A stretch of 64,000 nucleotides of DNA, from NCBI GenBank assembly GCA_002633005.1, contig NMRA01000010.1, positions 1,990,516 through 2,054,515 on the forward strand, read 5' to 3'. The notes beneath the pieces were generated by a model. It was not told the DNA's origin. It did not search any database and was given only the letters and a program-made list of their open reading frames with translations. Position numbers and translations under genes: made by a program. Source of the DNA: Phoronis australis (Eukaryota; Animalia; Phoronida). Shown piece by piece: positions 14,801 through 26,800 of the stretch (its first letter is position 1; each line of letters begins with the position of its first letter).

Positions 14801-17800
14801 TGATCAGCTGGTGAACACTGTCCAATCACCATTACTATGAAAATTTATGCGATTTCTATCTCGATTTTTTTCGTTATTAATAAAATTGAATGATGACCAC
14901 ATGCATGCTACTCAGCAAAATTGGATTAATGATTTTGTACTAATCTGTTGCACTTTTTGTTTAAAATTTTTCAGTAATCAGATTAATTAGTTATGTAATT
15001 ATTTTGGTCACCCCTTACAGCGCTGGATTTGAACAGTAAGTTACCTCTATCCCGTACAATGCCACCATCGCCTGTAGAGTAGATGCCGCCTTTTCGATTG
15101 TGTGGATATTGATGCTAGCGCCCCCGTGTGTTTAGGGCAGTATTTCCTACACGTTTAGTGCAACAGTAGCTGTTTGTCATTTTCTACTTGCATGTTCTAG
15201 GCCAGGGTAGAGGTTTTGCATTTTTTAGTTTCGTCATGTCTTTGGTTTATGGAGTTTCAAATAATTATACTTCGTATGGAGTGAATTTTTATGGTTTGAG
15301 CATGGGCACGTTTGAAATTTGATTATCTCAACACTGGAAATTTTCATTTTAATGAGAAAAATTGTTTAGTCATGTTTAGCTCTTTGGCCATTGAATTTTT
15401 TGCTGTACTTAGTTTATGATAAACTGACCCAGTACAAGAGTCATTCCTGCAGAGGGTGACTGCGCTGGCGTTAAGAGTTCCTTTCATCATGAACGTCATC
15501 CAATCTACAACTATTTACCCATCTCTACAAGGATTAATTGAGGAAATATTTGTTAATTTTTTTACTGGATAATTTCCTTTACTCAAAGTTGAAACTGGTC
15601 CTTTCCAGTGGTTCTTCTGTCAGACATGGTCTTATTTTATTTCTTTGTTTTGAAATTCTATTTCTTGTGTCTTTGAGCTTTTGTATGATTCCCTCTCCCA
15701 ACAGCACACAAACTCCAGGTCACCGCCCTCAATGGTGGCCATGGTGAGCAGGTACCACTCAACAAACCCATCGCTGCCATCACTAGCGCCACCCAGTGGC
15801 TGTCCAACCTGGAGCGACTGATGAAGAACACGATGGCCTCTGTTCTGCAGGAATGTGTTCAGGCCAGAATGGATGATGGTAAGATACTTGTCTAGCATTT
15901 TCTGTTGCAAGCTCACCAAGTCCAACAAGCCGTGTGCTTACCCAAGTTTGCACCCTTTGCGTTATGTATTACTGATTCTTAATCCAAAATTCATAAAAGT
16001 TCAAAAATGCTCAGATTTTGGTATACCAAACTTAAAAGTGACAAATTCCTTATGGCAAAATATTTGCAAAATTGCACGCTAACCTTTTTGGCTATTTCTG
16101 TTTTTATCACTCTTCTGAAGATTTTGCTCAATTTTTCTTGTAAATTTGACACTATTTTACTGCATTCAAAACTTGTAAGATTGAAGAAGATACAAACATG
16201 TATTACTATAATAATTATATTTCTGATCTTTGACTAAAGAAGTTTGTTTTTATTTGTTTTCTGTTATATACTCTCAGAAACCTGTGGTGTGCGATAATAT
16301 ATCAAAGTATTAATGTGGGCCGGGCGTCACTTTCTTTCCTCAATCATGGAAGCATTTTTAAATTATTTTCAGGCAACAACGGACCCAGTAAGATTCTTTC
16401 TGAGCTCTCGAGAATCGAGCAAGCGATGAAGTCCACAAATCAGGAGGGAGTAGATGACATGGTGAAGGAGGTCAAGCAGACATTCTCGCACTGGTTGGTC
16501 AGGTTCCCTGCACAGTGTGTGCTGGTAGCCGAGGCCATTTTGTGGGAGAGACGGATGTTTAGAATTCTCTCTGAGCAGACATTGCACCAGCTGACCTCAG
16601 TCAAGTAAGTGTGTTGTACTGAAGTGGTGACATAACGAGTTATTAAACTTTTAGAAAATCAACTTTTTGTTTAGCTTTGATTCGAGATTTCAGAGAAGTT
16701 TCTGAACTGTGATCATCTCAAGGCACTCAGAGTTTAAAATGAGATTGCGCACATATTTGGAGGCTGGAAAATCTGCAATTTCTAACTGAAATAAAACAGT
16801 TTGAGACAGTTCATTGCTTCAAAAACATGAGCTCCATCCAGGGCACTATACAGTTCTGAAGTAATAGCACCTCTTTCAGAAATTGAATTATTTCTTCTGA
16901 CTTGCAAAATTTAAACAGAACGTGATGTTCCATTGCGATGCATACGTGTCCTGACAAAATTGACACACTAGTTACGAACCCAGGACATGTAAGTACACTT
17001 TTGCTCAAGTCAAGTCATGTTTTTAAGGTATTCATCAGATCATATCATACCTCTAAGTACTAACAATCTTTCAGGTCCGACCTATCCTCTTGTATTGATC
17101 AGTACTACAGTATTCTGTTGGAGAACTGCCAGCAGTTTCAGCAGACGGACATGCGCAGTCGTCTGCACATTCTACTGGGAAACCTCATCAACCAATGCGT
17201 CTATCACAGGGATGTCGTCAACTGTAAGGGGCATGATTTTCATGTTTAAAAAGTATCCACATTTTTATTGCCATTAAAACTTATCCAAGATTGCACTTCA
17301 GTATGCAGTATAATGAATTCGGTCTTCGAAAAGAAAAAATTTGAAGCTGATTACATCAGTTTTTGGCCACAATAGAATCTGTGAGGATGTCTTATGAATA
17401 GACGAAACATCAAATTAATATGAACTTTTTCATTTGTGCAGCAATTGTCCATTTTTTATTATTTCATCATTATTGACTTTGCAGACTTTGCAGATCATTT
17501 TTGAATGACCCACAGGGTCTCAAATTTAGGGGCCAATTAAGCTGACTGGGTTACTTTTAGGACTGTGTCATTGGCGTGTACAAATTTTCAATCACACACC
17601 TTGATTGCTTACCTTGGGCTCACAGGTACATTGAAACTGTGTTGCTCGTACACGTTATTTTGTCTTGAACACCCATTTGGAATATTAAGAAAATAAATGT
17701 TTGATTTCAATGTAGATTTTGATTTCATTTCTTGTTTTTTGCTAAACGTTGATTCCGTGAATCTTATTTGTAGCTTTGCAAAGGCAGAGCTGCGTGAATG

Positions 17801-20800
17801 ACAGCTGCTATGATTGGCTGAAAGTGTTGACTTACCACGTGGATGTGAGCCGTGTCCTGAGGGCCAAGACTGTTCTCCTTGACCAGAGTGACCCGCCCAT
17901 ACCGCAGGCACCGGCCACTGAAAAACCGACTGTCATGAGAAGCCGGCCGCCAACAAAACTTGCAAGTAAGCCCCTAGGAATGTATAGTATATGTAGTGGG
18001 ACATCTGAATTCTGCTCTTAGTTGATTTTTATAATGATCTTTGCAGCTAAAGCAGTCATGGTCCAATCATGATCCAATCAATTCATTTCCTTCAGTATTA
18101 CTTAACCTTCTCCCGTTTAGGTGACACAAGTTCTCCCCAGATGGCGCCACGATCTGAGACCACTGTCGAGAACACCAACTACTTTGGCCCATGCACTGTC
18201 CACCAACTGGGCGCCACCTTGAGTTATGAACATGAGTACATCGGGCCGGCCACACGACTCATCACCACCCCACTTACTGACCGTGCTCATATTACGCTGA
18301 CGACATCACTGAACTCATTTAAGTGTGGCACTTTGATTGGTCCATCCTGTACAGGAAAGACAGCGACAGTGTCCGACCTTGTCAAGGTAAAGTTATCTTT
18401 GCTCACTATGCTTGGTGGTATGTATTGTCTATTATGGTCAATGGTATGTTTATCGTATCATCTCCTATGGAGTGGGGTATGTACAGTGTATCATCTCCTA
18501 TTACGGTCAGTGGTACGTATATTGTGTCTTCTTCTATTGTACAAGTCAATAACATTTAGCTCCAACACCTGATTATGTAATTTTTGTCGAGGACACGTTG
18601 AGAATTAGTTGAATTGATCACCAAATAACTTCTGAAGTTTTCCAACTATCTGCAGTTCAAAAAATTGTTAAAATGAAGTACTAGAATTTACCCAAATGCA
18701 CCTATTTATATCTCACACATTTTTTTCATTGACAACTGTTTGCAAAGCTGAAAGTGAAATGTCGTCTGCTTTCTATGTGACTCACTATTCTTTGCTGTAG
18801 GCTTTGGGTCAACAGTGCTTCACTATCAACTGTTCTCAAGAGATGACTGTGCCAATGGTCCTGCAGAATATCCGGGGCATGATCCTCTCTGGGTGTTGGG
18901 GATTCTTTAATGAGACAGATCGCATGACGCAAGGTCTGTTATATATTCAAGCAGGTTTCATTCTTCTCTATACATTTTTGCAAATTTCAGCAATATGTGA
19001 TTTTCTGTATTCCTTTTCGGAAATGGATTTGGAGACTGTTCACATTTATTAGCATTTTTCTGAGGGTATAAAGCATTTTTTGCACTTTTCCCTCTCCCAA
19101 AAAATGTTGATATTTTTATAAATTTTGAATAAATAATACATACTTAGATTATGTGATTCGGCCATTACAAAAGTGCTTAACAGGTGTTTCCATCAAAGGA
19201 TCCTGTCGATCATCAGTTTTATGAAATAAAAGTGTACGTCTGTAGCAATCTCTGACCCTCTCCATAGCTAAAGTGTAGATTTTGTACACTCGTGAAAATG
19301 GCTGTCATTATGAACGATTCCACGTGGTCTATTATTGACCTTTAGCTTTCTTACTTTACAGCTTGATTTTTTGAGTTGTGCAACAATGTTATGGAAGATG
19401 AGGCCAAAATTTGTAATCAAATAAAATTTGCTATTGAACAAAATATCTGAGTGATTCAAGTTTCGATATCGAGACACATCTTTTCCAGACTTGAAATGTA
19501 CGCCTGATCAATATTCGATAGCTTGCTCGTTATTCGTTCATTTAAATTGTGTGAATGACTGCATAGCATAAATTGTCGTCAAAGCTGTGTCCATTGTTGC
19601 TGCCTTACTCTACAGGTCTCCTGTCCGTGGTGGCGCAGCATCTGTACTTTATACAGAACTCATTACATGTGTTGAAGATGGGCCGAGATAGTCAGTATCA
19701 CATTCGGGGTAGGGCCGCAGTGGACAAGGTGAGTGTCTATGGGACTGGGAATGTTGTAGTGAATTGTAGGATAAGGCGGTCCAATAAGTGGTAATGGAGA
19801 GGGGATATTTATAGTGAGATGTGATATAAGGAGGGAAACCGGTATTCAAGAGTTGGAAGATCATCGTTTTATGTTTTGTGAAAAGTGGCTTTTAAGGCTT
19901 AAGTCAGAAAGTTGGTCTTTGGATCTCCACAACTATGACGGGAAAATGATTAAATCTCACTTGAGCAAAGGTGTAAAGTCTCGTATTATATAAACATAAC
20001 TGCTAGTTACTGGGAACATATCTATAAAACATTTTTAGACAGCGATGCACTCATAATTACTTGGCAATTGGGAAGTGGGAACGTGAGACCAAATATGTGT
20101 CTTAAGTCATAAGTCAATTTTCAGGAAACGTACCCCTGATTTCTTGTAAAACCAATGTTGTGAAGTATCCAGCTTAATTATCTGTACAACCACGTATAGT
20201 TTTTGAGTAAAAGTGTGCTTTTTGAGAACCATAGTGTGCTTTGCTGTGGGTCTGTAGTTGTTGTTTATGGCTTGATGTTTACTGGCTCATCTGCTGTGAA
20301 CAGGGTGTGAGAGATATGTTTAGAAAACTGAGCATAGCACTAATTAAAGTATTTTACATGATTGTTTAACATTGAAATTCTGAATTTCATTTTAATTTCT
20401 CATTAATGTTGTGCTGGTCATTTTTTTTTAATAGTCCGTCAACGTTTACTATGAATCACAAAAATTGGCTGCAGTTCCAGCAGAAGTAATATCAAGTTGC
20501 TCGTTGTTCATTTAAATACTGCTAAGTGCTGTTAAGTGCTGCTAAGTGCTGTTAAGTGCTGCTAATTGCTGTTAAGTGCTGCTAAGTGCTTTTACTATGT
20601 GTTGTAGTGATAGTTTTGGAAGGTAACTAAAGACATGCATGATTAATTTTATCACTTTTGCCACCAAGTTACGCATGTTTCATCAAGCACTAAATAAAAT
20701 TAAAGTACACGCAGACTGCATGAGTTTTCGTTATTTATAATAATTCCAAGACCTGCCTCTAACTTTGTAAAGGTATTTTTGCTTGGTATAGCATGGCGTG

Positions 20801-23800
20801 CGGATATTTTATGATAAACCTACGAAGGTAACACCAGGAGTCTCTATTCTCCACTTAAAGTCTGTCCCACTCTTTGACTCTTATCAGTATCGCTATGATT
20901 TTGTGAGACGGAGATGAGATGCTAATTTATGCCTGTTTTTATGGCTGTGATGAGGCATGAATTGCAGATCGAACACTTGGATTTACTTCAGTTTCCATAT
21001 TTGGTTGTTTTCTTTAGTGAATTCCATGACTGTGACATTTCATTTCAGTTCCTTGTTTCTCAGAGTCATCCCTTGAATGACTGCTCTTTGGTTTGATCAT
21101 ATCCTATTTGACAACAGAGCTTTTTGTTTCGCTGTAAATATGCCAAAGAATACATTTAAAAGTAAATAAAAAACGTACCAAACCATTCTTTTTCACTGAT
21201 CAGTTTTAATTATTGAATAGTTACATCTGAATAATTATAAAGAACTCTGTACATTTAGAAAACAATCAGTCAACAATTCTTTTGCATTACCACGGACTGT
21301 GTATTCGGTTTAATCATTTTTACTCAAACAAATGAGTTGTAGGCTCAGTACCCAACCATTCTTTCTCTGCTGTGTTATTGTGTGTCTTGGACCTGTTATT
21401 GCTGCGTGAGTCCCATGAAGAGTATAGGGGACGGAGTGTTTCTCCACGAAGCATGAATTAGTTTGCTTTGTGATTCTTCGTCAAATCTATTCTCCCCAAC
21501 TAAATCAACTTTGGCATGTTAACAATTATACATAGTGAATTCTGTCGAGCTAAATCTTGTTACATAACGTCTGGTCCTTGTGCAGTATTTTTTTCACTTT
21601 TGATCAAGTTGGACTTTGTTGTTACAGTTTATGGGGATTGTTTTTTCCCCTGATCTTGCTAGTGTTATTTATTACTTCTGAAAATGCACTATGTAAACGG
21701 ATACTCAGTGAATCAGTGTGACTTTTGAAAACGTATAGCCTCTTCATAGTTCATTAATTATGTAGTTAGTACATTTTATAATTAGCTTATAATTGTGTAT
21801 AAATTTAAACAACTTTTTAAAAGCCGTAGAGTCAACTGAAATCTTGTTTGTCAGTTTGTCTTGGATTCTGTTTTGTTTGGATTTTATGATTAATCAAATT
21901 TTCAGAAAACCGGAGACCCCTTGCGTGTCATCCGTCGCAACTCCTTGACGACCCTTCATTCCATGCCTGCGGCAGAGAAGGCACAACCAAATCTTGAACG
22001 CCAGAAAACAGTGCCACACGGATTTCAGGTATGTATCTGCCGCATCTGTTTTTGAAAGGTAATATAATGGTGAACGTGAAATATGTTATAAGTACAGTAA
22101 AGTGATTCACAATGTTTCCTATCAAAACTTTGTACTCCTTGCTGAACAGCTTTTACTTTCCCGGATCCATTTAATTTAATACTGGTCACGTTGGGTGTAT
22201 CTTTTGACAAATGTTAAAAAGTAGTTTTATTAATAAAAATGATCAAACCATTGGTTGCTAGGAGAAAGGCTTGCAGACGTACTTCTGTGACAATTGGGAG
22301 CCGGAAAGCAGACGGCGCCGTCACTCAATCAGTGAGGAGGTTGGCATCAAACAGTCACAGTTTTACAAGGATCAGCCCAAGCCTCCTCCTCTCTTTTATG
22401 GTAAGCTGTTGTCAGTCAGTTGAATACATGATTCTGATTGGTTATGGTTAGAGCCGTGGTGCGTGTTGATTGGCTTATCAGATTTTGTTCAGTCAGATCA
22501 TGAGGTTGTCGGTTGTGTTCCGATTGAATGGTACTCTATTATGCTCATGCAAGTTGTGATGTGGCTTTTTGCATTTGTTTTAGGCTCATTGGATTATTTT
22601 AGAATTGATGCTATAATTGGTCAAGCAAAAAGTATGTCTTTGTTGATTTAATATTAAAATGTTTGTTGAGTCGCCTGATTTTATGTTGTAACAAAAGATA
22701 TTATTTATACAGTACTACCACGTATGGTCTACACATTAAATGAGAAAGATTTGATGCCTAGTGTAGGAGCCTTTCTAATCAGATATGGTGATTGTAGTCA
22801 GTGGATAGCCTCAAATTTGTTTCTTCAACTGGAACTTGTTTTCTTTAAATCTTCTCTTCTTTTAGAGCACTACCGGACATCCCACCCAAAATATCAAGAA
22901 AACCAGAAGGACTTCAGTTTCTTGACAGAAATTCCACCATTGTATTCTAAGAAGTACATCGGACACGTCTCTTTTGATGGTCAACTTCTGAAGGCTAGAG
23001 AGAGCTATGGCTGCTTCATGTCGCTGAACACTGACAATGCCACCTACAGGGAAATTCCTGAAACTCTAAGAGTAGGCAGTCATGATTCATATCTTATCTA
23101 AATGAAGTTGACTACAATTTCAAATTGATGACTGTGTTTTACTCTTAATCTAAAGCTTCCAATTTTAATTTTAGCTGCAAAAGTATTCATCCACTTTGTC
23201 CAGCATGGTGCCTTCAAGCTCTTTTATCCCATTTTAACTAACTCAGTGAGAATGCTCATATAAAAATTAGTTGCAGGTGGTCTGGTACATATTGTACCAG
23301 ATGTGAACAGGCCGCTCAGACTGGCCCATTACACTGATCACCTGGTACTAGTTTTGTGCTTCATTGATATATAGTTAAAACCAAGCTGTGGAGCTAGAAA
23401 CCTGAATCAAGGGTCTAGCAGTGTGGCCCAGTGGGACTCAAGGGTCTAGCAGTGTGGCCTTGTGGGACTCAAGGGTCTAGCAGTGTGGCCCAGTGGGACT
23501 CAAGGGTCTAGCAGTGTGGCCCAGTGAGACTCAAGGGTCTAGCAGTGTGGCCCAGTGGGACTCAAGGGTCTAGCAGTGTGGCCCAGTGGGACTCAAGGGT
23601 CTAGCAGTGTGGCCCAGTGGGACTCCAACCCACTACCTCGAGTGAAGGAAGCGGCCACTTATCACTCTGGGCCATGCTGCCTCCTCTCCGAAGCTTGTAA
23701 GAACAGTAGCTTGTAAAAATGTCTTATTGAACCCTCATTAAATCTTAACCTAAAGTATGACCTTTTTTAAAGTGCACCATAGCTTAAACATAAATCATTT

Positions 23801-26800
23801 TTTCACTTCTATATTAAATTAGAAGGGTTTTTTGTGAACCTCACTTAAATCTAAAAAAAATTTTCGCTCACTTAAATCTGTTTCTTAATATATAGTTACC
23901 ACTGGACTGTGCAACTCAGACTTATCACAGGCGGTACACTGGAAGCACTTTCGGTAAACTGGTTCGTGGTGCCTAACCACCTCTTCAATGAGGACTATTC
24001 ATTACAAAATCATTAGTTTCTGAAACTAAATTCTGCGTAATATTCACTTGATCAGCAAAGTGTCTTAAATTGTATTCCAGCATTTGATGAGGCCCTGTGC
24101 CATGGTTATACCAGACGTAAGACCCATTGTGGAAACTAGTCTCTACCTGAATGGGTTCACCAAGTACAAGGAGCTGTCCAGGAAGTTTTGTCTTTTTGTG
24201 AAGTTGGCTAAAACACAGGTAAGTACTGTAACTCTTGAGCCATTTGTGTGGGTTTAGTGGAATATGAATTTGTCTTAAACTCAACTGATATCAGGCAGTA
24301 CTCTCAGGAAGGTGTATGACTGTCAATAGTAAAAAAGGTTTTTCAAGTGCAAGTTCAAAATTAAAGTGTTTGGCCTATACATAAATGAGTAAGTTGATAT
24401 TCAAATTATAATTCACAATATAGGTGCAGCAATCCTTGAAGATAGCAGATACTGCATTCTGTTTTATTTCGGTGTGAACAATAAGACAGGAATGGGTGTC
24501 TTCCACATGCTTCGAGCATTCTATTTTATCACCACTCTTACGTCTGCTTTCAGTTGCCTGAGAAGTACCGTGTCGTCTTCAGTGTGAAGACTATCTCAGT
24601 TATCTTGAGTGAGTACGCCACTCAAAGACTGCATGGGAGGCCGCAGATGTTTGAAATGCAGGCAAGAGAGACATCTACTGTGCCAGGTTAGAAAACTATT
24701 TCTGTGATTATTTTTAATGTGTAGTGTAAAAGACGTAAATGGGATGATACAGATGTTTTTTAAACATTCTTCTTCACATTGATCATGTTTTGTAATAAGT
24801 TTTGCGTTTTGACTGATTGACGTTGCCTGTAGTTTTGGAGTTCAAGTTTACTAGCCGTTGTAAACCAGCCTTCTGTCAAATGCTAATTTTATTGGATTTA
24901 GGGCACTTGCAGTTATATAACCGACCCTTGTTCCTAATTCAGATGAGAAGTGATACTCAGCTAGTGAAGAACTGAGAAATAGTTATTCATTGAGACTAGG
25001 CTCAATTTGGCTTGTCACAGTGCACCGTGCGTGGTCTCAAGAAATAACAAATTGTTAGTTCTACCATAACATGAATAAGGAATAAGGAGGGACCAATTTT
25101 ATACCGATGAGTGGTGTAAATCGAAAACTAATAGCCACTTGAAGATAGTTTACACAAATAGTGTCCTTTAGTTTTCTAGGTAAGCAATCTTTGAAAGTGG
25201 TAGTCTACTAATCTCCATTAAGAATATGTGAGACACTAGAGAAATGGCCAAACTTGTCCAACTTCCATACATCTTATCTCAGAAATGGCTGATCAGATTC
25301 AGTGAAACTTTCAGATATTGTGCTTTATACAGTGTTCTACAAAATAGTTGTAGGAACTGTTTTTGAAATGTTCCGTTTTTGGGTTTTTTCAAAAATCAAG
25401 ATTTTAGGGTTAAAATACTCAAAAGTTGTATTGAACAAATTACAAAATGGTAGTTAGAGTGTTTTGAGATTTCATCTTAAATTGTACATTTAATCTCAGA
25501 TCAGAGATTTTGCCATTTTATGGATACTATTGTTTTGCTGTGAATATATTTTTGCTTGATTTTATGAAAAAGTCATGGTCATGTGATTCAGGTAATGGTA
25601 GATTTGTGTTATGTCACAAATCAAATTCTGCATGTCAGTCTTTCTTCCTTCAGAAAGTATTCAAGACAATTTCTGTACTTTTACCTAATTGAATTATATA
25701 CTTATGTGTATAATAACGGTTAAACTTCCTCATAACAATACACATAACCTTGTGACAGTGAAAACCTACTTAATCATTTAATAGTTTTTAAATTGTGAAA
25801 TAAACCATTCTGTCATTCCCAACTGCATACATTGCTTTTTTGTCTTTAAGCAGGGCTTGGAATTTTCTTTTTTAAGAGGATTTCCTCTTTTTTGGTTTTG
25901 ATTTTCTCTTATTTGATTTCTAGTTTCCTCTTTTTTCATCTCTTTTTTTATCTTAATTTTGACTTTGTCCATGCAAAAACTGATATTTCACTTAAATTTT
26001 ACAACGCAAAGAGATATTTCTATCACACAAGCCTATTTATTTGTGGAACAATGCATCACTTGGAAAATTTTCCTTTTTTTGTCATTGGTCATTCCAAGCC
26101 CTGTTTAAGTGAGCATACTACATCGAAACAGGATGTGAAATGTCGTCTGCTTTCTGTTACTAGATGACTACAGAGAGGACATGTGTCTTGTACACGCTCT
26201 GCACAAGGCTCTGTTGTCAAGCATGGACAACATCGATGACGAGCTCACATTCCGCAACTTAGTTCGAGACTGCTTCCCAATTGTTAATCTCCAACCCAAA
26301 GACATCACTAACTATGACCCTCAACTCGTTGCCACGGTTCAGGAGCAAATGAAACTGGACAGTCTGCAACCCAGTGAAGAACATGTGAACAAAGTAAGGT
26401 TTTCCGTTTTGGAATTATGCTTTGAGCTTTGTTGAGTTTTGTGAAGGCATTGGTTACCAGGTGTGAGTTTTGGGTGTGAGAAAGAAATATTAATCGTGTC
26501 TAATTAAAGATAATTAAAACTAAAGGTTTCCATTCAGTAGTGATTTAAATCGGCAGCACACAGTGTTGTTTTCATCAAGTCTGATTTTACCATGAAGATA
26601 TTTCATTAATTGCAAAGAACACGCTTTGTTCTCTGATTTATACTGTTACAGTTGCACTATAGACTGAATGGAATTTGTTGCTTTAATTAATTTCCATGCT
26701 ATAATCAGAGGATCAATTTTTTCTAGTTTAAGTGACTTTTTCACCTTTACACAAAAACTTTATGTACCTTGAGCAGTACTCAGTGTTTTTATTTTTTAAA

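Noticed and set aside
20614-20622. Possible 9-nt microexon (FWK)
   Set aside because: The donor is good, but the acceptor has a competing AG 6 nt upstream that would introduce stops; too weak to call.
23407-23623. 31-bp repeats as a CRISPR array
   Set aside because: Units are head-to-tail with no unique spacers, the context is a eukaryotic intron, and there are no cas genes.
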